The notes beneath the pieces were generated by a model. It did not search any database. It saw nothing but the letters and a program-made list of their open reading frames with translations, and was not told the DNA's origin. A stretch of 63,702 bases of DNA, filler included, from Octopus bimaculoides (lineage: Eukaryota), in assembly GCF_001194135.2 (NCBI RefSeq). It is 5 parts of 4 records of this genome, joined end to end, with 100 filler letters (N's around TTAATTAATTAA, not from the genome) between each part and the next. Parts side by side here need not be neighbours in the genome. Positions count along the whole stretch, not along the records: positions 22,553 to 47,645 come from NC_068994.1; positions 47,746 to 63,702 come from NC_068983.1; 3 more parts are not named here. One strand, 5' to 3'. Every line of letters starts with the position of its first letter. Position 1 is the first letter of the stretch. Position numbers and translations under genes: made by a program. This document shows, piece by piece, positions 36,300 through 48,120 of the stretch.

Positions 36300-39200
36300 C
36301 TTCTTACTTTTCACTTCCACTAAATATATCTACTTCCATGCCTTTAAAATTTATTCCTAATCACCTATTGCTCTATATCTCTTCACTATTAGTTTTCTGC
36401 TAATTTCTTTCTTTCTCCTCCTTCTCTTTCTATAAACTACCTTTGACGTTATATCTACTAACGGTTTTTAAAAAAAAAACTTGCTAGCCTTCTCTTCATC
36501 ATATACACAGTCATCACATTCTGTTAAAATATCTTATTGATATGTTTGGTTTCTTTCTTTCCCTATGAGAAGATTGCATTGTTTTACACCATTTTATTCC
36601 TTCTGAAATAATACCAATGTTTTCTTCGAAACATGTCGGAAGAAAAAAGATTTGAATAACACCTGCGTTTAACTCCATTTATTTATTTATCTACTAGCAG
36701 TATAACCTGATGTTGTCCGGGTGTGACTTATTACGCCATCTACGATAAGTCTTGCTAGGTGAAAATCAACTAAAAAAGAAAGCGTTACAATGAAAAAACC
36801 TTTATGATGTAAATATGTTCATAATTCAAAAGACGATGAAATTAATAGGGAAAGTCTGAAGGCTGTTTTGCGTAACATTATTAAGTGTACGTAAATTTCA
36901 TCCGTCTAATTGGCTATACACATGCTTGTGCAAAACACTATTTGCTCTGCCCTGATTATACATAGTAGGGTAATCCCTTTTAGCAGGAGCTAGGACGGCA
37001 ATTTCTGATGAAGCAATTGCTGGTGATCTGTTGCTACACAGTTCTGCCAGAATTCTATCAGATTGGGCAGTGGATGTTGATGCACCATTTTGCATTATGT
37101 TCAAAGTAGCTTCTGGAATGTGGTGAATTGCTGCAGTCTGTTGCTGTCTTTTTAAACCGGTTGCTTTCTTTCCCTGGCAAGCTCTCTTCTTTGGAGATAT
37201 AATCTTTGTATATATTAAACGGAACAACAAAAGTTATAATAGATGGCAGGGTCAGTAGTTTTCACATTTCTGTAATTTTTCAGATTAACACCCGCACGGT
37301 TACCCAACCCTAACCCTAAAACCCTAATCCTAACCCTAACACTAACACCAACCCTAAACTCCAACCCTAAACCCTAACCCTGACCCTAAAACTGTAACAC
37401 TAATCCTAACCGTAACCGTAACCCTAAAACCCTAACCCTGACCCTAAAACCCTAACCCCCTAGTGAAAATCGTGGTATATTTACAAAACATTGACGAACA
37501 TGAGTTATATTTTAGTGAATGATTGTGTGTACTTATGCGTTTATGTGTTTGAGAGAGGGGGAGAAAGGAATAGAGAACAGGAGCAATGAAGAGAGAGGAA
37601 GGGAGAACGGAAGACAGTTATAAAATAGCAATGCGTGTTTATATTGAAAGACACAGAAAGTAAATCTTATATCTATAATGTTGATGTGTGTATGTGTTTA
37701 TGTATATGTTGTTGTCACAGATCACGTATGTGTGATTGTGTGTGTTTTTACGTATCTATGTTATGAAAAATAGGTAAAAAATACTAAGAGGAAAGTTTAA
37801 TCTATGACTTTGTATGTATCACTTTCTCTCTCTCTCTCTCCCTCTTTTACTCTCTATATTATATGTTGAGTGCGTGATCGATGTGTAANNNNNNNNNNGT
37901 GTAAGAATGCCGGTACAGGTAGAAGGGAAGAAATATAAAAGTTGCTAGAAACAACAGCCAATTCTCCCTTAAATCACACAAAGTAAACGGAATTTAAAAA
38001 TCTAATTACTGCACTGGAAAGTTCACATCGAAAAAATTCCATTGATGTAAAAATTTTTACGCAAAAGTGGAAAATGTGGATTTCTATAAACTTTTAAAAA
38101 GGCTTCACACAGACACACATCTTCAGCTTTATATATAAGATATTATATAAAAACATTTCACCTAAACCTGGAGTTTCTACCTCTATAAGTAGGCTGTTAC
38201 ATCCTTAGTACTTGGGTGAATTTTTGCTACACTAATAACTATTTATTTATTTTTTCTGTGTTATTTGTAAACATTGAAACACACATACACACATGTATAC
38301 ACACACCATACATACATATTCACACACATACACATATATACATATGTAGACCCATATACATATACACATACACACAGATATACACATACATAACCATACA
38401 CAGCTATACATCCACACAGCTACCCATATGTACCTACATACATACATACATATGTATTTATTGTTAATTTCTGTGATAACTACATTGATATACTACATTT
38501 TTCAATTTACATAAATTTTTAACTATACAGCTCTCTATATTTTTACAATCACCTGTTTTATAAGAATAATCATTTGAGGAAGAGGCTTTACATGTAACTG
38601 GTTTCTGATCGTTCTTAATAATATGTTTATTAATTACTACTACTATCTTCTACATTGACCCTGGAATTAGGGGAGTTATTAACACATTCTCTATTTGAAT
38701 AAAATAAATCTAATTTTTTATTATTTATAGAAGCCATAATAGTAGCTAAGTTAGTTTATCCTATCTTTATTTCTTTATTGTTAATAATTTCATAATATTT
38801 ATTATTTATTTTGAAAAGCTTATTAATTAGCCTATAAATACATTTCACCAAATTAGTATTTATTTGATGGCATATGGAACTATAAGCCATATAAAATTAA
38901 AAATAATATCTACTAGCAAATATACCTAGTACCCTCTATGCACCTTATGCTGTACATTTCTAGTTCTACAGTTAATACCAGGGTTAATCTTACATACCAT
39001 GCAGTTTTCATTAGTGCATGTGGTATTGTCGAAGGAGTATGTACATAACTGCGATCTGATGGAGTTCCCTGACTTTTCAACCATCTTAATGTTGATTTTG
39101 TTCTTCACAAACGTCACTTCTTTATATTTGTCAGCCCTGTACCATGTGTTTACTTTGTTTGCTTTATCACAAACTCTCTGTATACTATTCTAGTCTAGAG

Positions 39201-39545
39201 TGGGTACCGCTGGCTTCATTACATATAATGCTATCTAACTTCTTCCTAGCTCCCTGTATACACAAATCCTATCTTTCTGGTCATATCCAGAAATTGCATG
39301 CAGTACATGAAGTTCTGTACATGTTTCCTTGTTTCAAAGGGCTCACATAGGTGGGGGACATGTTATCCATTATTCTAACTAAGTCTGTTATCGTTATGTT
39401 AATTTTCGTATTGTGACAAAGCTGAGTTCTTGTGAACAATATATATTGTTGGAAACACTAGTAATAAAATTAGACCAATAACAGAGTTGCCTCCCTTGGG
39501 TTTTATCTGAATTCTGGTCAGCTCTTGTGATTCTTCAGTCTATAA
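36300..39545 (-). mobile_element. Degenerate Penelope-like element, interrupted by a Helitron
   Basis: Minus-strand remnants MQ-SGYDQKDRI, TWYRADKYKEVTFV, KMVEKSGNSIRSQL and C..C..C...NCRTRNV (linker and start of a GIY-YIG-like region) at about 38930-39360. Confidence 0.6.
36694..38140 (-). mobile_element. Helitron family H1 copy 2, with an extra 384-bp segment (37533-37916) and an (AACCCT)n-like array at about 37305-37460
   Basis: A^TC 5' end, hairpin plus CTAG^T 3' end, collinear with 9894-11010. Confidence 0.9.
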
Positions 39546-39690
39546 TCATCATCATCGTTTAATGTCCACCTTCCATGCTGGCATGGGTGGGACAGTTTGG
39601 CAGGAACTGGACAGTCAGAAGCCTGCACCAGACTTTGGTGACTGTTTTGGCAGGAGTTTTACAGATGGATGCCTTTCCTAACACCAATAA
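39543..39690 (-). mobile_element. RTE-type 3' tail fragment
   Basis: (CAT)n-CGTTTAATGTCC...GGATGCCTTTCCTAA. Confidence 0.75.
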
Positions 39691-39823
39691 TATACGTAAT
39701 ATAATACATCGTTCATTCTATATTTGATGTGATTATATACATATATGGTATATGTTATCTCTATATTACTAAGTCGTAGTATCTGAATGACATCTCTCTT
39801 TCATATATATATATGTATATATC

Positions 39824-40067
39824 CAATTGTGGCAAAAGTTTGGTACATTTAAAAAATAAATTAAAATTGTTATTCCCAAATACAATTTAATTCAGATATA
39901 TACAACGTAGAGATATACTTACCTAATAACTGATTCAATGGTTGAATATCTAGAAGAAAAAATAGGTAAAATCAAAAATATAGTTTTAGACCAAATTGCT
40001 CACTTTTAATAAATAGAAGAATACATCATGTATATGAAAATATGTTCCAAACTTTTGGTCACAACTA
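39824..40067. mobile_element. Tc1-like MITE
   Basis: Imperfect TIRs CAATTGTGGCAAAAGTTTGGTACA / TGTTCCAAACTTTTGGTCACAACTA. Confidence 0.65.
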
Positions 40068-40555
40068 TATGAAGGTAGTTAATTATGGAAACACCACTCG
40101 TGTTATACAGCACACACCTAAAATTAACACAGTATACGTTACAAACAAGATAAGCATGTGATTTTAACTTTTACAATTAAAATATATGCTATCACCTCTT
40201 ACCATGCACCTGTTGGCAGGAGAACACAGCTGAGAAAAGGTATTCACAGTAATTCTGGATCTGCTTGGTTTTTGGCCCTTGGAGTCTTCTTGCTTTTACA
40301 TTTGTTTTTATTTCCCATACCATCTTGGGTCAGATGAATATATTATTAGTATAGCTGGATAACTTCTTTTTGCTAACCCTTACCTATTTTTCATTAAAGA
40401 GCTATCTTGTTCCATATCTTTGAAGGTGTGAAGCCAGTGAACAACCTGTTGGCAGAGGAAATGACAACATCACTCTTTGGTGCTTAGCAATATTTGGGAG
40501 ATGCACAAATGTAAACACACAAATGCACATATACAAACGTGTGTGTGTGTGTGTG

Positions 40556-41130
40556 TAATCATCATCATCATCATCATTTAATGTCTGTTTTCCATGTTGG
40601 CAGAGGTTGAATGGTTTGCTCAGAGTTGACAAGCTGGAGAGCTACTTCTGGTTCCAGTCTGATTTGACTTGGTTTCTATGGCTGCATGCACTTCCTAACA
40701 CCAACGACTTTACAGAGTGTGCCAGGTGCTTCTTATGTGGCCTGGTATGGGTACTTTTTATGTAGGTTGGCAGGTGCTTTTCATGTGGGCCCAGTACTCA
40801 CCGGCTTCTGTCAAATTATCCAACCTGTACCACCAAGGAAAAAGTGTACGAGGGCACTTTCAAGGCAAGTCCCCACCCTCCTTTGGGGGTAGGAGTTTAA
40901 CAACTCTGCTATGGTGGATGGGTCTTCTTACAAAAACAAGGTACCACATATCTTGGTCCTTTGTCATCCTCTTTGTACGGCTCAGTGTCCTGAGAATAGC
41001 CTTCAGTACATCTTATGACTTTCTGGGTCTCCCTCTTCCACTAGTTTCATTCACTGTAAGTGATTGGCACTTCTTTATGCAGCTGTCTGCATCCATCACA
41101 GGGCCAAGCCAAACCAGATCAGCAAATCTC
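40556..41130 (-). mobile_element. RTE-clade LINE 3' fragment
   Basis: Minus strand DSCIKKCQSLTV...GRGRPRKS*...MTKDQDMW, followed by UTR and (GAT)n tail. Confidence 0.8.
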
Positions 41131-41344
41131 AATGCAAATAACAGTGTATAAATGTTGGGTTAAAAACCCTTTGGATAGAAAAAGTCAAAGGTTGCTCATG
41201 GATTCGAACCCACATGATTCACCATTCCTAAAAACAATTATTTCAGGTTCTCAAAGTTTCTAAATTCTTATGACATCAACAACTCCTCTCATTCCTCAGT
41301 TGTTGGGTCATTTTGTCTTGCAAATTACTTAGTGTTCTTGCTGG

Positions 41345-41495
41345 TACTGGTGCTATGTAATGTGGTTGGTGTTAGGAATGGCATCCAGCTGTAAAAACCT
41401 TGCCAAAGTAGACAGTAGAGCTTTGCTTAGTCCTCTGACTCACCGGCTTCTGTCAAATTGTCCAACCTGTACCAACAAGGAAAAAGGATGTTAAA
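41345..41495 (+). mobile_element. RTE-type 3' tail fragment
   Basis: TTAGGAATGGCATCCAGCTGTAAAAACC...GTCCAACC...TGTTAAATTATGAT. Confidence 0.7.
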
Positions 41496-41706
41496 TTATG
41501 ATACATATATATGCATATACACATACATGCATACAAGAATAAATGCATATATACATACACATACAAACATGACATGCATACACATCACCTATACGTCACT
41601 TGTGGAAATACTCCACATTTGTTTGGCATTTAAAATTCTGACTTGTTTATTTCAGTTTAACCTTTTTGATACCTACCCACCTGAGACTGCCTCTAGTTCT
41701 GTGATA

Positions 41707-42698
41707 TGAGGATGAGCTGAAAAGTTCATAGGTTCACTATGACGGAGTGATGCTAGAACTGTGAAATCTTGCATGCATTAATTTTAACTTTTATTAATAA
41801 CTGCATTGTTTCATTTCCGGGTAAACTGATATTTGACTGTTCAGAGAAGACTTGAAAAGTAACTAGTAGTGACTTCTCTTGAAAATGGACAACATTTGGC
41901 ATTGTGGTGTTATCAGGTACCTGTTATCAGGTACCTGTTATCAGGTACCTGTTATCAGGTACCTGTTATCAGGTACCTGTGGAAAGTTCAGCTTCCAAGG
42001 GTATTCATGCTGACATGGTTGCTACATTATGGGATGACACTCCAGCTTTATCAGCAGTGCAAAAGTAGGCTGCTGACGTCCTGGACGTCCTGCAGCTGCC
42101 ACCACTGAGGAAAGCATTGATCATATTTTTCCACATGATGATGGTTGACAGGTGATTGACTATAAATCAAATAGCCAATGCTATTAGCATATTCTGTGAG
42201 AGAGTATTCTGCACAGTGAATTTGGTATGATAGTTTCTGTTCGGTGGGTGTCACATTTGATACCTGATCAAAAGCACACCAGACTGATCACATCACGAGA
42301 AAATCTAATATTGTTTGAGGCAGATCCAGCTGGTTTCCTCAAACATTTCCTAACCCAGGGTGAGTGTTAGTGTCATCACTTTGAGCCAGAGACAGAGAGA
42401 CAATCTATGCAGCAGAAACATCCCTCCTCACCTGCTCCAAAGAAGGCTAAGCTCATTAGGCCCCACCTGACTAGCATGTCTTTCCCAACATATAAAAAGC
42501 ACTTGCTTGGGAACCAGTATTGTAGTGATGATGATGTCATATCTGCTGTTGATGACTTTTTTGACCAACAAGATGAAAACCTCTTCACCAATGGAACCCA
42601 ACATTGCAAAAGCTTATGAAGTGTGTGGACTTCAAGGGGAGACTATGTTGAAAAATACACCTAATTTGGTTAGCCAGTGACCTTTCAATTAACCCTCA
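41707..42698 (+). mobile_element. Deleted mariner element with both TIRs and TA TSDs
   Basis: TA-TGAGGATGAGCTGAAAAGTTC ... CCTTTCAATTAACCCTCA-TA; C-terminal DDDVISAVDDFFDQQ. Confidence 0.85.
41908..41980 (+). repeat. 14-bp minisatellite (TGTTATCAGGTACC) x5
   Basis: Five perfect units counted. Confidence 0.95.
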
Positions 42699-43192
42699 TA
42701 CATGTGACCTATTTTGAAGTGATTTAATTTATAATCTAATGTCAAAATTCCATATTAATTTATGTTCCAAATATTTTGAAAATGAATTGAAACAAAGTCA
42801 AATGTATTTCAACAGAAATATGGCAACAAAAGTGTTAAAGTACACAACTCCTAAAATTTAGCATCAAGTTCCGTTTTCATCTATTGTCGTATAAAGTATT
42901 GATCTTTGAACATATACTTGTTCATTGTTTTTGAAAAAAGCACTCAAGCTTTCAACAGTTAAAATTAGAAACTTAATATACTGTTTTGTATTGAAATTAT
43001 TGAGTATATCAAACATGGTGTACTGAGTCAGCTCCATTATGGTCAGTTATATAAAGTATCAGAATCTAGAATCATTGATTAAAATTTGCAGCTCATAACA
43101 GTCCAGTTTGTATTATCTCCTTATTAATGTTAAGTTCCTTTAGCTAAACCTAAATGCTAAGGGTAAGTTAATTATTATTGTTATTATTTCAG

Positions 43193-43239
43193 GTCATTTG
43201 GAGTATTATCAACAATACGTTCTGCTCTTTCAAGACAAA
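43193..43239 (+). other. Candidate exon, 47 bp
   Basis: TTATTTCAG|G acceptor and AAA|GTAAGT donor. Confidence 0.4.
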
Positions 43240-43683
43240 GTAAGTTTTTGATATGTATTTCTTTGTAAATCATTGTTGATATGTTAATGGACTACGGAGT
43301 GGGCAGATGGTAGAGTTGACAATGAGGTGGGCTATGTAGTTGAGTTAGTTGACTATTTAGTAGAATTAACAATGTAATGGTGGTGGGTATAATTTGGTAG
43401 TAGTTGTACTGGCATTGTGTTCATAATAGTAGTTGTTAAGCCCAAAGTTGCCTTGATTTAGCAGACTTGTATAATGAAAGACTTCCCAACTGTGACCATC
43501 CCATTTTATATTTAGGCATAGTCTATCTATAACTACATTTATCTAATATGTTTTTCATCCTAATTTGTGACCAGACCAATTACTGTTTCACTAGATTTCT
43601 GATGGTGAGAGTGACAAGGGATCAGTGTTTAGCAAATATCTCAAAGGACTTCAAGAATTTCTTTTCCTCATTAGTTTACATAG

Positions 43684-43825
43684 GTCTACACATGCATGGA
43701 TATACACTGACAAAGTTTCATACAGTTTCCTTTCACTAAATTCTGTTGAGCTAGAATGCACACTGGGATTGAATCTGGTACCATGTGGTTATGAACTTCT
43801 TAAACACACTGTCAAGCTTGCATTG
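43684..43825 (+). other. Candidate exon, 142 bp
   Basis: TTTCTTTTCCTCATTAGTTTACATAG|G acceptor, TTG|GTAATG donor; the single open frame is phase-compatible with the previous exon. Confidence 0.35.
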
Positions 43826-44193
43826 GTAATGTATCCTTTCATATTTTAAGATGTTAGGGTATAATTTGAAGGAAATTTGGCTGCAGTTTTTAGCAGTACA
43901 AAGCAATAAGATCACCTAAATAGTGATGGCAGTAGTGTTCTTTAGTTCAAAATCAACCCTAATTGAGAATTATGATGAAAGACATTTCAGGTGTGATCAT
44001 CTTAGTTTATGGAGGATGTATCCTCCTTGTAAGTCAGTAGTGTGTGATGAGGTGTATTTGTCCACTATTTCTAGCATGTACAGGTTCTCTCATTGATTTA
44101 TATTGAATAGAGGGTGAGTAGCCAAGATCACTAAATTTAATTGTCAGCAACTGTAGAACTATATAATTACAACTGCAAGTAACATTTCTTCAG

Positions 44194-44326
44194 GTCCTGA
44201 TACTGACTCTGGTTCAGTAATTTAGAGTTTAACACACAAATAGCTTTACTGTCCAAACTGTAATATTTTGACCAGTGTTCTGAAGATCTTCATAACTTTT
44301 GCTATCAAAATACTCTTCCTAATCAG
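44194..44326 (+). other. Candidate exon, 133 bp, with stops in all frames
   Basis: CATTTCTTCAG|G acceptor and CAG|GTAAAA donor. Confidence 0.3.
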
Positions 44327-44416
44327 GTAAAAATTCAGAAACATCTATATCTGATTCATCCAAAGACTTCAAGTATAAATCATTTCTTAGAATACGTACT
44401 TACTGAAGTTATATCA

Positions 44417-46620
44417 GGGTCATTCCATGTCAAATCACCCAGCGGGTACTAGGTCACCCACTCAGATTCCCCTAAAAATATTCATACTATATGATGGAAA
44501 AATGTCAAGTATTAGGTCAATATCTTTGATAGTTTTGAAATTGTAAGCCTTTAAAATATTAATTAACTATACATTTTTTCGTAATGAGCCTCTTGGACCA
44601 ACTTGAGACAGCCATTTCTACTCTAATTTAGGTAAACACAACTTTGAAATCATGTGTATGGGGTTATCTTTTTCTGTAGAGTTCAAATATCTTATCAAAT
44701 CAAGTGTATCTTGTATAGTTTTCCATCTACAGGTCTCTGAAAATAGCCAAGAATTAAACGTACAGTAAATGTATGCTTCTTTTAGGTATTTTTATCTCAT
44801 TAGGTACACTAGATAAAGCAACCACAATTGTTTTCTTGTTACTTAGCATATAGTAGACCATTTCTGAGCAGTAACCATGTTAGTTACTATTATGGGAGTG
44901 TCAGAATAATTTTTTGAAATATGTACGGTTTCAAAATTTCTAAAAAGATGCCCATTTTAATGCCCTTAGTTGACCATGTGGGCAGCTCACTATCATTTTC
45001 AAATGTTTACCATGCATTCTTATACTTCTGATGGTGATGTGACAGAAATTTGGTTTTGTTGCTGAGCTTTTTTCAGAGTTGTAAATTTTTAGAAATTCAG
45101 TTGTCAGCGTTTGTACAGGATCAACTTATTCATATAGCATTGGTTATAAAACAGCATATTATCCATCAGTGATTTATTCAATATAGTATAAATAAACATC
45201 TTTTAAATTAATGGGTATTTATTCATTCAACGAATGGCAAACTATACTACATGTATATCCACAACCACATTTTACATGATAATCTACAGAGCCACACATA
45301 AGACACAAATTCTAAACAGCTAGAATTCACAAAAATTTCAACATAAATTTATTTTACTCAGTGATAGAATACTATATTGGCCTTCATTGAATTATTCATT
45401 ACAGTACCTAGTGATTCATTGATGACAGACAAGGCATATCCTTGTGCACTTTTTACATATAGCTGCCGACAAGTAACTAATACACTTTATAGAGTCACAC
45501 TGGAATTAGTACATAGTACCAAAGTGACAAGGCAGCGTGCCACAAAATGATTTAAATACAACCAAAGTAAATATTAAATGCTTTCAGTGCCCAACTCAAT
45601 AACTTGTGTTAAATAATTATAAAACATACTTAGGTCAAACACAAATGTGAATCATATTAATTCTGCACAAATTCTGGGAATAGGGTAAGAATTTTGTTCA
45701 GGTCACTTGAACTAATTGTGTAGGTGCGAGCACTTCTACCTTGAACGATTGGTACACTGATTACACACATGACATGTTGTAAAGGAACCCAACATTCATC
45801 CTTACAGGATGCTGCTGGCCAAGAAAGTACATTGTTTTTTTTATCCTTTTATAAAGGAAACTAGAATATCAGAATGTTCAAATGAGCAGTCAATAATGTT
45901 TCCCACATACCAGTTGGAATCGTATATGTAGGCTACATACTTACCTGGTTGATACTCATCCCCGTTTACATTAGCCTGTTCCTCCATATCATCCCCTACA
46001 TTCACAACAGTGTGCATATCATCTAGGGATACCCTTCTCATCTGAAGTCTATTTCCTGGACATAGAATGAAACTGTGATGTGACCTAACTCCAGCTATTG
46101 TTATGCAAGCATCAAACTGTTCAGCCAATTTGAATTTGGCAGCATTTTCTTATACTTGATCTTTTGAAACAAAGAAAAATTCAATCCCATAAATGTTATC
46201 TCTTGCCCAACTGTACATATCATGTGGTGGTAAAATTTAGTCATTAACAGTAGCCTGAAGGCTTGTTTTGGCTACTAGTCTTTTAACAGTGCCCCCCCCC
46301 CCCCTCACACGGACACTTTCTGTGGCTAATAGCAAAGAAAGGCCATTCATCAAACAGACCAATGGTCGTCATAATGGCAGCAGAGGTTAGCAAAATTTTT
46401 GAAATCTTTCTATTGGCTGAAGTATATAACTTTGGTCAGATCCTCAAACTTTGATTTTATAGCAGTCAGTACTTGAGAAGTAAAAGCATGAATTGCCACA
46501 GTGTCATTGTTGAGGCAATTAGATATGACACACATTTACTCATTTGAAATCAGAGGCTGAGGAGTCTTCAACATAAAATACAAAGGGTGCACTGTAGCTT
46601 GGGATGTTAAACAATGATGA
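44417..46620 (-). mobile_element. Degenerate DNA transposon, Sola2-like transposase (about 45700-46620)
   Basis: SQATVHPF, NNDTVAIHAF, VIYFS..*KDFKNFANL, GGTVKRLVA, GVRSHHSF, WYVG; terminus GGGTCATTCCATGTCAAATC (GRG-type start). The superfamily assignment is tentative and the second TIR was not found. Confidence 0.65.
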
Positions 46621-46716
46621 TGTGAGTCCTAAGGAAAATATCATTAATTTAAAAAAAAAAAAAATTTTGCAGCATAAGATATGAACATTGAGAGATTAAT
46701 AACAGTTTGTCTGTCG

Positions 46717-46818
46717 TAGTAAAAATTGTTTGCCAACATAACATGGCAGTCCTGGTTTAGGGACTAATGTTGCTGTAAACCAGGTCTGCCATGTTATGTT
46801 GGCAAACAATCTTTACTA
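46717..46818. repeat. 102-bp near-perfect hairpin (43-bp arms, 2 mismatches, 16-nt loop)
   Basis: Arms 46717-46759 and 46776-46818 compared base by base. Confidence 0.9.
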
Positions 46819-47110
46819 TAAAGTACTGTTGCTGAATATCTCACGTTGTGAGATTAAAAAATAGTAAGTTCAACTGTTGTTATGAACTTAGAATTTGCAT
46901 GGTGTACCCATGTCCCAATAATTCGCCATATAATTAAAAGATGACAAAACGTCACTAGGGCCTACTACCACCATCTTCACCATCTTCATTTAGTACTTCA
47001 TAGTACATAAAAGTTATTTTGACAAGAGCATAACAAAATCATGCCTGTGATAAACTTATTAAAAGACTATAATTCTGACAAACAGACAGTACTGTATCTA
47101 TCTTCCTCAG

Positions 47111-47133
47111 GTGATGAAGTAACACTATCTTAG
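47111..47133 (+). other. Candidate 23-nt microexon
   Basis: CTATCTTCCTCAG|GTGATGAAGTAACACTATCTTAG|GTAAAT. Confidence 0.3.
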
Positions 47134-47354
47134 GTAAATATTAATATCTTTCAAATTCTCTCATGTATGTTTTGCAAATAAATAATTATACTATTATAAT
47201 ACTATTAAAGTATTATTATAGTATTATACTATTCAAATACTATTTAACATACTATTATACTTACGAGATATCTTTTTGTGAATGATTTTTGGATCTGCAC
47301 AAAAACATTGCAGGCTTCCATAATTTTCTCATGATGAGAGCAAACATTGTCATC

Positions 47355-47645
47355 TTCATCATCATCATCATCATCATCGTTTAACGTCCGCTTTCCATGC
47401 TAGCATGGGTTGGACGATTTGACTGAGGACTGGTGAAACCGGATGGCAACACCAGGCTCCAGTCTGATTTGGCAGAGTTTCTACAGCTGGATGCCCTTCC
47501 TAACGCCAACCACTCAGAGAGTGTAGTGGGTGCTTTTACGTGTCACCCGCACGAAAACGGCCACGCTCGAAATGGTGTCTTTTATGTGCCACCCGCACAA
47601 GCCAGTCCAGGGGCACTGGCAACGATCTCGCTCGAAAATCCTACA
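47355..47645 (-). mobile_element. Young RTE-type 3' end with (GAT)n tail
   Basis: (CAT)n-CGTTTAACGTCCGCTTTCCATGCTAGCATGGGTTGGACG...GCTGGATGCCCTTCCTAACGCCAACC. Confidence 0.9.
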
Positions 47646-48062
47646 NNNNNNNNNNNNNNNNNNNNNNNNNNNNNNNNNNNNNNNNNNNNTTAATTAATTA
47701 ANNNNNNNNNNNNNNNNNNNNNNNNNNNNNNNNNNNNNNNNNNNNATTATTGACCGGAAGCATGTGACCATGCCGGTGTAAGGGGAAGAGAGAGAGAGAG
47801 AGTGGTAGAGGGAGAAACAAAGGGAGGAAGTAGAAGAATAGGTGAGCAACGAGAGGAAAAGAGGAAGAGAGGAAGTACGAGGGGGTAAAAGGAGATGCGT
47901 AGTAGTAACAGAGGAAGAACGAGAGGGGTAAAGAGAGATACGTAGTAGTAAAAAGAGGAAGAACGAGAGGGGGAAAATAATAGAGGAAGAGAAAGAGAAA
48001 GAGTAGCGTCGGAAAATATACAGTTGCGAAAACTACTTAGAGATTGGTGACGCTGCGTTCGG

Positions 48063-48120
<58 letters not shown>

